A stretch of DNA of 64,000 nt, from positions 160,001 to 224,000 of the forward strand of contig CAWBHS010000049.1 in the NCBI GenBank assembly GCA_963788655.1. The letters run 5' to 3'. Below are positions 30,301 to 45,300 of this stretch, one piece after another. Below the pieces are notes generated by a model. It was not told where the DNA came from, made no database searches, and saw only the letters and a list, made by a program, of their open reading frames with translations. The position numbers were made by a program, and so were the translations under genes. This DNA is from an uncultured Verrucomicrobiae bacterium (lineage in GTDB: Bacteria > Verrucomicrobiota > Verrucomicrobiia > Limisphaerales > JAFGQR01). Numbering within the stretch: the first letter of the stretch is position 1; each line of letters starts with the position of its first letter.

Positions 30301-33300
30301 CGTGCCGCCTTACATCATCCAGCAGCCGGAGTGCAAAACTGCAACGGAGGGTGACAACTATACCTTCAGCGTGGTCGCCGACGGCGATCCGGTGCCGACG
30401 TATCAATGGCGCAAAGATGGACTCGAACTCACGGGCCAGACCAATCCAACGTTGGAGTTATTGAACATCCAATCCGGCAACGCCGGGGATTACCAAGTGG
30501 TCGTATCCAGCACGTTGGGCGCGGTGACCAGCATCGTGGCTCGTCTGGCCGTGCGCGCTCCAGGCGACCCGGCCTATCCCGATCCGCAAGGCGGTTGGGC
30601 GTACGAGTATTCCGGCGACAGTGTTGCTACCGCACCCACGGCGGCGCTGGATGGTACGTGGAATCACGAATTCGATTCGTGGGGTGGCGATGGTCGTGGT
30701 CCCGGCGTCGGCGCCCCGGGTGGTGTCGGCACCGCCAATGGTGTGTTGACCATCGAGGATGACGTGAGCAGCGTGATCGGTCTGAACGACAATCGCCGCA
30801 TTTATTTCACCCACAACCTCCAACGCGAAACGTCTGCGGCCACTGCCAGCACCGTCCTGGACAACGGGATCACTTTGAGCTTTCGGATGCGGTTGACGCC
30901 GCCCGCGCCGACGGATCCCCTCACCGAATTAGCGCCGGCTCCAAATGGCGGGGTCAACAAGGACTTGGGCAAAGGCATGATCGGTGTGCGGCAAGGCGGC
31001 AACGGTAGCGGCATTATTTCGTTCAGCTTGAACCAGGCTCTGGAAGACACCAGTCCAACGACCACCCAAAACTTCGGCCAGTCGGGGCTGCACATGAATA
31101 ACCTGTCCACGTTCAACGCCTTTGTCGATCCGGGCCTGCCGGGCACGCTGAACCTGCTGCCGCTGGACCCAACGGTCTTTCACCAGTTTTGGATCACAAT
31201 TCAGGACAACGGCGCCGAGGACGGCACCCATCGCGTGTCAATCTACGTCGATGGCAGTCTGACACCGACGGTCTTCAATGTGACCGCCGGCGCCGGCGTG
31301 GACCTGCCGTCCTCGGATGCGACGGCCACCAATTACCTGGCGCTGGGTCAAAGCAGCACCCCCCAAGTAGGAGCGTTTGACCTGGATTTCCTGGCGTACA
31401 AACCCGGAGTCATTCCGCCAACAGGTTTCGACGATCCGGTAACCATTGTTAGCTCGCCGGTCAGCCAAGTGATCGCCGAAGGTGAAGTCGCCACATTCAA
31501 TGTCGGCGTGACTGGTTCGCCACCGATCACTTTCCAATGGTTTAAAGACGGCACGGCCATCAGTGGCGCCGCCAGCGATTCTTACACCACGCCACCGATC
31601 GTGCCGGCTGATGACGGCGCGGAATTTACGGTGGTGGTCGATAATTTCTGCGGCAGTGTCACCAGCGCCCCAGTGACGTTGCGGCTCCTGCAGGCCCCGC
31701 AAATCGTGACGCAGCCGCCAAGCCTGGTGGTGACCAACGGCGATCCTGCCAGCTTCAGTGTTGCGGTCACCGCGAGAAGGGAACATCACCTACCAGTGGC
31801 GATTGAACGGAATTGATCTACCCGGCGCGAACGCGGCCACGCTCTCGCTGGCCAGTGCGCAACCGGGCGATGCGGGAAGCTATGACGTGGTGATCGCAAA
31901 TGACGCCGGCTCCGTGACCAGCGCGGTAGCGACGTTGACCGTGCGACTGATGGACTACGGCGATGCGCCCTCGCCCTTCCCGACGCTGACCGTTGACAAT
32001 GGCGCGCGGCATTTGATCGTCCCCGGCGTTTATTTGGGCTCCACGGTCGATTACGAAACCACCGGCCAACCCGACGCGACGGCGACGGGAGACGACCTGA
32101 ACGGCGATGACGAAGACGGCATCACGTTTACCTCCCCACTGACGGTTGGTGAGATGGCCACCGTCGATGTCGTGGCCTCGGTGAATGGTTTCCTGGACGC
32201 CTGGATTGATTTCAATGGCAACGGGAGTTGGGCCGATCCCGGCGAACAAATCTTTGCCAGCCAAAGCCTGACCCCAGGCGTCAACTCCTTGAGCTTTCTT
32301 GTGCCTTTGAACGCGGCGACGCCCAATAGTTTTGCGCGCTTCCGCTTCAGCACGGCGGGCGGATTATCCTTCGATGGCCCGGCCGCCGATGGCGAAGTGG
32401 AAGATTACGCGGTGCCACTGGCGCTGATCGCCGACGTGAGTGTGGCCGTGAGTGCCAATCCGGATCCGGTCGCCGTAGGCGGCAATCTGACCTACACCGT
32501 GACGATCAACAATACTGGGCCATCGCCCGCTGGTGTCACCACGCTTACCGGAGTTCTCCCGGCCAACGCCAGCTTCGTCTCGGCCGTTGCCGACCAAGGC
32601 AGTTGCCAGAATGACAGCGGCACCTTGACCTGTGCGTTGGGCACCGTCCCCGCCGGCGCAGCCCCAACGGTAACCATTACCGTCAGTCCAACCAGCATCG
32701 GCCCCCTCGAGTTTCAAGCGAACGTCACTAGCTCGCCGCTGGATCAATTCCCGCTCAACAATCAGGCCAGGGCGACGGCCACTGCCCTGGCAGCACCCGC
32801 CATCGTTACGGCACCGGAAAACCGTAACGTGAACCAGGGCGACACGGCCACGCTCACGGTGGTGGCCAGCGGTTCGTCCTTGGCCTACCAATGGACATTT
32901 GACGGCGCCGAACTGCCCGGCGAAACCCAAGCAACCCTGACGATCCCCAATGCGCAATTTGCCAATCAAGGTACCTATACGGTCCGCATCAGCAATGCCG
33001 TGGGCAGCCTCGAAAGCGATCCGGTTACGTTGTCCGTCCTTTCGATACCGATCATTGTCGTGCCACCGGCCAACACGACCGCGTATGCCGGCAGCGACGT
33101 CACTTTGACGGTTCAAGCCAGCGGCACCATGCCGTTGGAATATCAATGGTATGTTAATGGCGGCACCCCGTTGCCGGGGGCAAACAGCGCTACCCTGGCG
33201 CTGGCTAATGTGCAGGCGGCGGACAGCGGCAATTACACCGTGCAGGTCAACAATATCGCGGGCACCGTAACCAGTGACGCGGCGCAACTCACCGTCCACG

Positions 33301-36300
33301 AAGCCGATTTTGGTGACGCGCCGGATCCGACGTTCCCGACGTTGCTGGCCAACGATGGGGCCCGGCATCTGCTGGTTCCCGGGATCTATCTCGGAACCAC
33401 CGTGGACTTCGAATCCGACGGGCAACCGGACGCCAATGCGCAAGGGGACGATGCCCAGACCAGCAACGACGATGATGGCGTCAGCTTCACCAGTCCGCTG
33501 CTTTTGGGTCAGACGGCTACGTTGCAAGTGGTCGCCTCAACGAGCGGTTTTCTCAATGCCTGGGTGGACTTCAACCGCAACGGGTCGTGGGCCGACGCGG
33601 GTGAACAAGTGTTTCAAGGCCACGCCCTCGCCGCGGGCGTCAACGAAGTGAGCTTCACGGTTCCGGTCGCTGCAGTTCCGGGAGCAACGATTGCGCGGTT
33701 CCGCTTCAGCACTGCCGAAACCCTCTCGTTTGTGGGCGAAGCCCCGGACGGCGAAGTCGAAGACTATTCCATCTCGATCGGCGGCGCCAGCGATCTGGCC
33801 GTGGTGCAAGTGGCGGTTCCCAATCCCGTCGTCGTTTCCGGCTTGCTGACGTATGCCATCACCGTGAACAACAACGGTCCCTCCACCGCGACTGGAGTGG
33901 TGCTCACGGATTTTCTGCCGGCACAAGCCACGTTTAGCGATGTCGTGACGGGCCAGGGAAGCTGCACCGTCAATGCCGGCATTATCACGTGCAACCTCGG
34001 CAGTCTGGCCGCCAACAGCAGCGCGGCGGTCACGGTCCGTGTCATCCCGACCACCGCCGGCGCGCTCACCAACATCACCAGTGCGGCCGCCACGCAGACC
34101 GACGTCAACCTGGCCAACAACACCACACCCCTGGTCGCCCAGGTGCAGGAACTGCCGATGATTACCGCGCAACCTCAGAGCCAGGTCGTTGGCAATGGCG
34201 CCACGGCCACGTTCACGGTTGCGGCTACCGGCACCTCGTTGCGGTACCAGTGGCGGCTCGGCGGGACGTCGCTGTCGGGGCGGACCAACGCCTCCCTGGT
34301 CATCACCAACGCGCAACTGGCCCAGGCCGGCGATTACACCGTGCGCGTTTACAACGGCGTCGGCGAAGCCCTCAGCACGCCGGCCACTCTGACCGTGCTG
34401 GCACTGCCCGTTATCCTGACGCAACCGCAGACTCAAATCGTCGCCGAAGGCGCCACGGTGACCTTTAGCGTCACCGCGCAAGGCACGCCGCCGTTGAGTT
34501 ACCAATGGTTCTTGAATGGCTCAGAGTTCATTGGCGCATTCCAATCCAGCCTGATCCTCAACGACGTGAGTGACATCAACGAAGGAGATTACACGGTACG
34601 CATCACCAACGAGGTCGGTTCCGTGGTCAGTGATCCGGCCACGTTGACCATCATTGTGCCGCCGCAGGTGACGTCTCAACCGTTGAGCCGGACCAATTTC
34701 GCCGGCACCACCGCTGAACTGAGCGTTACCGCCACCGGCGACGAACCGTTGCAGTATCAATGGTACTTCAATGGCAATAACCCGATTGCGGGTGCGACCA
34801 GTGCCACCCTCGCCCTTGAGAACATTCAGTCCAGCCAGTCCGGCAATTATCACGTCAAGGTGTCCAACGCGACCGGCAGCGATACCAGCGCCGATGCCAT
34901 AGTGACTGTCTGGGAAGTTGATCTGGGTGACGCCCCGGATCCAGGCTTCCCCACGCTGGTGGCCAACAACGGTGCCGCGCACATCATTCGCCCGGGAATC
35001 TATCTGGGCACGGGAGTGGATTTTGAAACTGACGGCCAGCCCGAGGCTGCCGCCCAGGGCGATGACACCAATGGTTCGGACGACGAAGATGGTGTCAATT
35101 TTGTCACGCCCTGGCGCGTGGGGCAAACCGCCACGATCGAAGTGGTGGCCTCCACCGCCGGCTTCCTCGATGCCTGGATGGACTTCAATCACAACGGCAC
35201 CTGGGCTGATTTCGGCGAGAAGATTTTTGATGCTCGGGCATTGGCCGCGGGCGTAAACCAATTGCCGGTAACTGTGCCCGCCGACGCCTTGACCGGCGAT
35301 GGTTTTGCCCGGTTCCGCTTCAGCACGAGCGGCGACCTGAGCTACGACGGGCTCGCGGAGGACGGCGAAGTCGAGGACTATGCGGTGACGGTCAGCCCGG
35401 CGATTGACCTGGCCATTACCCAAACTGGCAAGGTGACCGCCGTGCCGTTGGGCCAGAATCTGACCTACACGTTACCAATCACTAACCTCGGTCCGTCCAC
35501 GGCCACGGGCGTGATGCTGAGCAATCGGTTGCCAGTCGATGTCACGTTTGTCTCCGCCAACATTGGGCAGGGCAGTTGCGCCCAGGACAACGGTGTGGTG
35601 ATTTGCGACCTTGGCACGTTGGCCGGCGGCGAGGGCACCGTGGCCACGCTGGTGGTGACTCCGCTCAACCCCGGAGGGATTACGGATGTCGTCTCCGTGC
35701 GCGCGGACCAATTCGATGTCAATTCGGCCAACAATACCTTGAGTGATTCTACTGCCGTAGTCGTGGCCGCCGGCTCATTTGCCAACCCCAATTTGCTGGA
35801 TGTTTTAGACAACGGCCCAGCTTCGCCCTATCCGTCCACCATCCTGGTGTCGGGCCTGACCTCGTCGGTCTATAAAGTCACCGTCACGCTGAGCAATGTC
35901 ACGCACACCTACCCTGACGACATGGACATCCTGTTGGTCGGTCCGGGCGGCCAAAACGTGGTGCTCATGTCGGATTCCGGCAGCGGTAACACGCTCGCCG
36001 ATGTCACGCTCACATTTGACGACGATGCCCCTGAGCCGATCAGCGATTCCGGCATCATTCTGCCCGGCTCGTATCGTCCGGCGAACAATGCCGGCACTAA
36101 CGATGTGTTCCCGCCGCCGGCCCCGGTGGGACCTTTTGGAGTCGATCTATCCGTATATTACAAGACCGATCCGAACGGCATCTGGTCCCTGTACGTGGTC
36201 GATGACGCCGAAGAGGATTTTGGCCAGATCACTGACGGTTGGAGATTGAACTTTGATACCCTCGATCCCATCGCGGACCTCGGCTTGACGCTGGAAGGGC

Positions 36301-39300
36301 CCACCGGCCCCGTGCCGCCGGGCACCAGTTTGACTTACACGCTCACCGTCCACAACAGCCGGTCCCGCCGGCGTGCCGGATGTGACGTTGACCGACACCT
36401 TGACCGGCACCGTAAGCATCGATTCCATCGTCGCCAGTCAGGGCAGTTGCCAGAACAACAATGGCGCCATCGATTGTGTGGTGGGTAATTTGGCCAGCGG
36501 TGAAGCGGCCACGATCACGATCCAACTGACACCCACGACCGGAGGACTCGTCACGCATGCGGCCAGTTTGACCGTCGAGGTGTTGGATCCCGTTTCAGCA
36601 AACAACTCCGCCAGCCTCTCCACCGAAGTCATGCCGGAGGCCGATTTGGAACTGATCCATTCGGTATTGCCGGAATCGTTGAGCTTTGGCAGCAGCCAGT
36701 TGCTCACGTTGCGGGTCACCAACCACGGACCACACGCCGCGACGTCCTTGCAAGTGGTGGATGAATTGCCGGCAGGCTTCACGTTTGTGTCCGCGGTGGC
36801 CAGTCAGGGCGCCTGCTCACAGGAGAACGGCGTGGTGACGTGCGATTTGGGAACGTTGGCCGCCAATACCGCCGCCACGGTGGGGATCACCGTGAACCTG
36901 GATCAACTGGGCCTCTGGTCCAACAGTGCCAGCATTTCCTTCGCAGAGATGGATCCCGATCCGGACAACAATGCTGCGTCCGCCTCCACCAGCGTCGAAA
37001 GCGCGCCGGTCATTACCGCCACGCCCCAGAGCTTGACCGTTACCAATGGCAATCCTGCCAGTTTCGGTGTCACGGCCTTTGGCACGCTGCCCCTGGACTA
37101 TCAATGGCAGCGCAATGGCACTGACTTGCCCGGCGCCACCGACAGCCAGTTCGTCATTCCGCAAACGACCTTTACCGATGCCGGTGAATATCGGGTGCGG
37201 GTTAGCAATCGCGTCGGCTTCGTGTTCAGCGATCCGGCCACGTTGATTGTGCGCCAACCGCCGACCATCTCCGACGTGCCCGACCAGACGGTTGATGAAG
37301 ACACGCCGGCGGTCGTCAATTTCACCGTGAGCGACCTGGAAACGCCGGCCACCGAATTGCAGGTCACCGGCACTTCGTCCAATCCTGATCTGGTGCCGAA
37401 CGCCAACCTTGCCTTCTCCGGCAGCGGCAGCGATCGCACCGTGACCGTCACGCCGGTGCCCGACCAATCCGGCTCGACCACCATCACGCTGACCGTGCGC
37501 GACCAGGATGATTTCGAAGCCGTGGACAGTTTCGTGCTGACCGTTGCACCGGTAAACGATTTTCCGGCGATCAGCGGTCTGAGCGACCAGACGGTTGCGG
37601 AAGACGGCCAGACTGCAATTGCCTTTACTGTGGCGGACGCCGAAACCGACGCGAACAACCTTACCGTCGCTGCGAGTTCGGCGAATACCGAGTTGGTTGC
37701 GCCCACGGGATTGACAATCACCGGCTCCGGCAGTGACCGGACGTTGACCATCGTCCCCGTGGCGGATGCGTTTGGCGCGGCGACAATCACTATCGCCGTG
37801 ACGGATGGCGACGGCGCCACGGCCAATTCCGCCTTCCTCCTAACGGTCAAGCCGGTCAATGACCCGCCGACATTGGCGGCGATCAGCGACGTGGAGCTCG
37901 ATGAAAATGCGCCCGAACAAACCGTCAACCTGACCGGCATCGGTTCGGGGGCGGGGAACGAAGCGCAGACGCTGACCGTCACCGCCACCTCGAGCAACCC
38001 GGCACTAATTCCAGACCCGGCCGTCAGCTATACCAGTGCCAACAGCACCGGCAGCCTCCAATTTGCGCCGCAACTCAATCAAAACGGTGCAGCCGTCATC
38101 ACGGTTACCGTGGATGATGGCGGCAGTTCGAATAACGTGGCGGTGCGCAACTTCACCGTCACCGTAAACAACGTGAACGATCTGCCGGTCGTCGCGGGGT
38201 TGACCAACGTCACAATTGACGAAGACACAGCCACGAGCGCGCTGCCGTTTACCGTGGGAGATTTGGAAACGGCGGCGGAAGACCTGGTGCTCTCGGGCCG
38301 GTCTTCCAATCCAGTGCTCGTCCCCGACAATGCCATCGTTTTTGGCGGCAGCGGCAGCAATCGCACGGTCACGGTCACTCCGTTGCCGGACGCTTTCGGT
38401 TTAGTCACCATTACCGCGGTCGCCACCGACACCGGCGGCGGAGAAGGCACCGCCAGTTTTCAACTTACGATTAATCCGATCAACGACTTGCCGGCGATGT
38501 CTTCGATTGCGGACCAGACCACCCTGGAAGATGCACCGATTGACATACCGTTCCTGCTATATGATCCGGAGACACCGCCGGAAAGCATCGTGATCATCGC
38601 CACGCCGGCCAATCAAACCCTGGTGCCGGTGGCGAATCTCAGTTTCGAGGCTACCAGTCGCAGCAATTGGGTGATGCATGTGCAGCCGGCGGCCGACCAA
38701 AATGGAGACAGCCGTATCACCGTAAGCGCAATCGATTCGGACAACGTGGTGGTGCGCTCCACGTTCACCCTGACGGTTCTTCCAGTGAATGATCCGCCGA
38801 GCTTTGACCCGATCAGCGACGTGCTGATCGAAGAAGACGCGCCGGAGCAAGTGGTCACCATTAGCGGTATCAACGCCGGACCTGCCGACGAGGATCAACA
38901 CCTGACATTCAACGTCCTCTCCGGCAAACCGGACATCGTCCCCAATCCGGTGTTAAATTACACCGCCTTGTCCACCACGGCTGAATTACGGTTCACCCCC
39001 ATGCCGAACACCAACGGCCTGGTTAGCATCACGGTGACCGCTATTGACCGTGAGGCGACGAATAATGTCTTCAGCCGCGTCTTCCGCGTGGTGATTGGCA
39101 ACGTGGACGATCCTCCCGTCATTGTCGGCCCGGACGACCAATCAATGGATGAAGACTCCAGTCGTACGGTTGCCTTCCAAGTCAATGACTTTGACACGCC
39201 GTTGGACCAACTGGTGGTGACCGCCGAGTCGTCCAATCTCGGCCTGATTTCCGACGCGAGCCTGGTGCTGGGCGGGACGGGCACTGATCGCACCGTCATG

Positions 39301-42300
39301 TTGGCACCCACCGCCAATCAGTTCGGCGCCAGCACGATCACCCTGACAGTCGCCGAGGCCACCAACACGATCTCCACAAGCTTCGTCGTCACCGTGCAAC
39401 CGGTCAACGATTCGCCCACGTTGCAACCGCTCGCGGACGTGAACATTCCCGAAGACGCCGGCCCGCAAATGGTGACCTTGACGGGCGTCACCGCCGGCCC
39501 GGACAACGAAGCGGACCCGCTCACCGTGACGGTCACCTCCAGCAATCCAGCGCTGATTCCCGATCCGTTGGTGACGTACAACAGCCCGGCTTCGACCGGC
39601 ACGTTGGTCTTTGAAACCGCCGAGAATGCCAGCGGTACCGCCCAACTCACAGTGACCGTTGATGACGGCCAGAACGCGAACCACACAGTCAGCCGAAGCT
39701 TCACGGTGACGGTCCAATCGGTAAACGATTTGCCGGTGATCTCGGGAATCGGCGACCAGTTGATTGAGGAAGACACCACCACCGGTGTCCTGCCGTTCGT
39801 GATTGGCGACGTGGAAACCACCGCGGAGAATTTGACGGTCGTCAGCCATTCTTCGAATCCCGATTTGGTGCCGGAAGCCAACGTTATGCTCGGCGGCACC
39901 GCCGGCAATCGCACGGTAACCGTCACTCCGGTCGCCAACCAATCTGGCGCCACGACCATCACCTTGACTGTCACCGATGCCGACCACGGCAGCAGCAGCC
40001 TGAGTTTCCAATTGACCGTGACCAGCGTCGAGTCATTGCCATTGATCTCGGATGTGGACAACCAAACGACGGCGGAAGACACGCCGCTCTTGGTGAACTT
40101 CACGGTCAGCGATGAAGAAACGCCCGCCGAAGAACTGACTGTCAGCGGCTTCTCTTCGAATCCCGTCCTGGTGCCGGTAGCGAATCTGAGCTTTGGCGGC
40201 AGCGGCGAAAACCGCACCGTGACCATTTCTCCAGCCGCCAATCAAACAGGGCGCGGCAACTATTACCCTTGTGGTCACCGACGCCAGCGGCAACGTGGCC
40301 AGCGACCGGTTTGAGTTGACGGTGACGCCGGTCAACGATCCGCCGACGCTGGATCCGATCAGCGATTTGACACTCAATCAAAACAGCAAGCCGCAAACGC
40401 TGTTGCTCACGGGAATTAGTGCGGGTGCCGCCAATGAGCACCAGACCTTGACCGTAACCGCCCTGTCCAGCGATCCGGCGGTGATTCCGAATCCCACGCT
40501 CGATTATTCCAGCCCCGCCAGCTTTGCGCTGTTGACGCTGGCGCCGGCGCCCAATGCCACCGGCACTGCCACTATTACGGTGACCGTGGACGATGGGGAA
40601 GCCACCGACCACCAGGTCGTGCAAACATTTACGGTCACGGTCAATGCGGTGAACGAACTGCCCACGATTTCAACCATCGACGACCAAATCACTCTGCAGG
40701 ACACGGCCCGAATGGTTTCGTTCGTGATTGGCGATCTTGAAACCGCGGCGGACGATTTGATTCTCAGCGCCGCTTCCTCCGATGTCGCCGTGATTCCGAA
40801 CGAGAACATTGTCTTCGACGGCACCGGCAGCGAGCGCACCGTCACCCTGACTCCGGCCGCCGGACAAGTCGGCATGACCACGATCAGCGTTACCGTGGCC
40901 GACACTGATGGCGGCAGCACGACCGGCGAATTTTTGTTGGTTGTGGAACGGGTGAATGGCGCGCCGACCATTTCCTCCATTGCCGACACGAGCACCGTGG
41001 AAAACTTTCAGGCCACGCTGAATTTCACCATCAACGACGACGACACGCCGGCGGACAGCCTGCTCCTGAGCGGTGAATCCTCCAACCCGGCGCTGGTCCC
41101 GAACGCGAATCTGAGCTTCGGCGGCAGCGGCAGCGATCGCACCATCACCCTCGTTTCCACTGCCCACCAATCCGGCAGCGCTACGATCACGCTCTCCGTC
41201 TTGGACGACCGCGGTTTGATGGCCAGCACTTCCTTTGAGCTGACCGTGACGCCCACCAATGATCCGCCCAGCCTCACGCATCTGCCCGATGTCACGATGC
41301 GCGCCAATACGTCGCTCTCTCTGCCTATTGCCGTGGCGGACCTGGAAACTCCGGCGGCGGACTTGAGTCTGTCGGGTGAATCGTCGGCACCGGCCTTGAT
41401 TGCGGATGCCAACTTGGTCTTCGGCGGCAGCGGCGCCAATCGCAACCTCACGCTGACGCCCATCGCCAATCAAACCGGCTCTGCCGACATCACCGTGACC
41501 GTGACCGACGGCAACGGTGGCAGCGCGACGGATAAATTCAAACTGACCGTGATCGCCAGTGGCACACCGCCACGCATCACGTTGAATCCGCAAAGCCAGA
41601 CGAACTGGGCTGGCGGGCAGGTCTTGTTCAACGTGCTGGCCACCGGCACTCCGCCGGTGCGTTACCAATGGCGTTTTAACGGCATTGCCCTTCCCGGCCA
41701 GACTAACGCCACGCTCGTGTTGACCCACCTCCAGGGTGGACAGTCCGGACAGTACGACGCAGTAGCCAGCGATGAGTTTGGTTCGGCCACCAGCGAATCG
41801 GCTACGCTGACGGTCCATGTGCCACCCTATATCGTTTCGCAACCGGTGAGCCAGAACCGCGCCATTGGCAGCAACGCCGAATTTGACGTCATTGCCGGGG
41901 GCGATGAACCGTTGACCTATCAATGGTGGTTCAACGGCACCGCGCTCTCGGGTGCTACCGGCGCCAGTCTCACGGTAGCCAATGCGCAGGCCGTCAACGA
42001 AGGATCCTACTTTGTCGTTATCACCAACCGCTATGGCACCGTCACGAGCCACACGGCCACCCTGACCCTGGGCGTACCGCCGTCCATCGTCACGGCGCCC
42101 GCGAGTTTGATCGTCACCCAGGATCACGATGCGACCTTCAGCATGACGGCGACCGGCGATGAACCTTTGACCTATCGTTGGTTCTTCGACCAGACATTGC
42201 TCGTCGAGACCTCGGTGCCCAATTACACCGTTCCCAACGCGCAACCTGTCCAGGCTGGCGATTACCATGTCGTGGTGGCCAACCATATTGCTGCCGTCAC

Positions 42301-45300
42301 CAGTTCCGTCGCGACCTTGACCGTCCTGGTGCCACCGTCCATCAGCCTCCAACCGGCCAGCCAATCCGTGGCGGAGGGGACCGACTTCATTTTGAACGTG
42401 ACTGCCCGAGGCACGCCCCCGCTCACTTACCAGTGGCAATTGGCGGGAGCAAATCTCGCCGACGATGGTCGCGTCACCGGAACCACTACCGGCAGTTTGT
42501 CCGTGTCGGGTGCCGTCGCCGAGGATGCGGGTTCTTACATCGTCGTGGTGAGCAATGGCGCGGGCGCGGTCACGAGTGTGGTGGCCATTGTCTCCGTCAT
42601 TACCACGCCCAGTGTTACCTGTCCACCGGCCAAGACCGTTGAGTGTGGTGAACCGTGGGACTTCGACGTGCCGCTCTTCAGTGATGAAGTGGTCTTTGAC
42701 TCGCTGGTGTTTGATAATTCCGTCAATGACTCGATGGTGCGTTTCAATCCCGGCACCAACGAGGTGGGCGATGAAATCATCCTCGATGGCGCTGCGCGTT
42801 ACTTGACCAGTTTCATCTTCGAATACTGGGGCACCAACAGCTCGCAGGCCGATTTCGAAGGGACCATCCAAGCACGGGTCCGGTTCTACGGCCATGACGG
42901 GCCGCTGACCGATTCGGGATTTCCCAGTCCGGGAACGGTGTTGTACGACAGCGGCTCCTTTGCCGTTCATGCCACCACCCGCTCGACGTTGATCATTCAG
43001 GATTTCCAACTGGATGCCGTGGTGCCGTTGACCGATCCGGTGCCCGACAATTTTACCTGGTCAGTGCAGTTCACCGGCATGTCCGCCAATGACGCGGTGG
43101 GTTTGGATCTTTATTCGCCGCCAGTCGTGGGGCTGGACTTCACCGATTACTGGGAACGCGACGAAAGCGGCTGGCAGTTGAAGACGAACGAGGTTGCGGC
43201 GATGGACTTCTCGGCCCGCATCGATGCGGCGCATAGTCCCGTCACCGTGACGGTCGTTGACACCGTCACCAATGCCACTTGTGGCACCACCTTCCTGGCC
43301 ACCCGTACCTGGCAAATGACCGATCCCAGCGGCCTCGACAATCTGTGTGCGCAGACCGTGACCGTGCTGGATCAGACGCCGCCGGCCATCCTTTGCGTCC
43401 CGGACAAAACCGTGGCTTGCGGCGAATCCTGGGACTTTGACGCGCCCACCGCGATGGACACCTGTGGCACCGCGACCATTGCCGAAATGGGCACGGCGAC
43501 CAATGCGGTCTCCAACGAAGGAAGGTCGATAACCCGCACCTGGAGCGCGTCCGACGATTGTGGCAATACGGCCACCTGCGCCCAAACCGTCACGTTGCGG
43601 ATCCCGCCAGTCATCACGGCGCAACCCGCCGACGTTACGGCGGCCGCGGGAGCTGACGTTGCCTTGAGCATGACGGCCTCTGGTACCGCACCGTTGAGTT
43701 ATCAATGGTATTTCAACGACACGACGGAAATCGCCGGCGCCACCGGGCCAGTGTTGACGTTGACATCCGTGCCATCGGCGAAAGTCGGCAATTACACCGT
43801 CGCCGTGGCCAACGAATGCGGCTCGGTTACCAGTGCGGTAGCGACACTGACCGTCACGGTGCCCCCGACCATTGGGCAACAGCCGAACAGTCAGATTGTC
43901 ACTCAAGGCCAAACCGCCACGTTGGAAGTCATTGCCGCCGGTAACGAACCGCTCGACTATCAGTGGTGGTTCAACGGCAACCTCCTGCCCGGCGCCACCA
44001 GCGCGACGTTGAACATCGCGAACGTCCAAGCCGCCAACGCCGGTGCTTATGTCGTCACGGTCGCCAATGCCGAGGGCTTCGTCGTCAGCGACACGGTGTC
44101 ACTTGAAGTGGGCGTGCCGCCGACCATTACCGTCCAACCGCGCAGCCAGGCGGCTATAGCAGGCGATATTGTGCGCTTCTCCGTGACCGCCTCTGGAACC
44201 GCACCGTTAACTTATCAATGGCAATTCAACGCAGTGGACATCCCCAATGCAACCAGCGCCAGCCTCACGCTCTACAACGTGCAACTTGCGGACGCCGGCA
44301 ATTACTCGGTGCAAGTCCAGAATGCCTTTGGCACTGTGGCAAGCAGCTCCGCCTTGCTCACCGTGACGGGCGATACCACCGGAGGCGATGCCACGCTGGT
44401 CGAAGCTGGCGCCGTGTGGAAATACCGTGATACCGGCGTGGACTTGGGGACCGCCTGGCGCGGCACCGGCTACGACGACACCACTTGGTCCGCCGGACCC
44501 GCGCAATTGGGTTACGGCGACGGCGATGAAGCGACCGTCGTGGACTACGGCCCGGACGCCAACAACAAATACATCACCACCTATTTCCGCCGCACATTCG
44601 TGGTCGATAATCCCGCCCAGTTCACTGGTCTTGAGTTTGCACTGCTCCGCGACGACGGAGCGGTGGTTTACCTCAACGGCACCGAAGTCTTCCGCAGCAA
44701 CATGCCGGGCGGAACCATCAACGCCGACACCCTGGCCTCCAGCCTGATTGCCCCGGCGAATGAGAATGATTGGGTAACCAATTTGGTCGATCCGGGTTCG
44801 TTGGTTGCCGGCCTCAATTTGCTCGCGGTCGAATTGCACCAGGGCAGTGCTAACAATCCGGACCTCAGCTTTGATCTGCGGTTGCGGGGCTTGGGCACCG
44901 GGCCGGCGACGCCGCTGTCGCTGTCGGCCATTCCAAATCAAACCATGCTGGAAGACACGCCGCTCCAGGTCCGGTTCACCCTCGCCGGTTCCAGAATCGA
45001 TCCAGCCCTGTTGACGCTTAGCGCCACCTCCGGCAACGCCGCACTGGTGGCCAACAGCAATCTGTTGTTTGACGGCAACGGCACCAACCGCACGCTGACG
45101 ATCGTGCCTGCCGCTGACCAATGGGGAACGGCGCAAATCGACTTGAGCGTCATGATGGCGTGGACACGGCGAACGTCAGCTTCACCGTGACGGTGAATTC
45201 GGTCAACGATGTCCCCACGCTGGATTGGTTGCCCGACCAGGCAATGCACTTCAAAGAAGGCGGTCGGGAGGTCGATCTTGCTGGCATTGGCACCGGCGCC

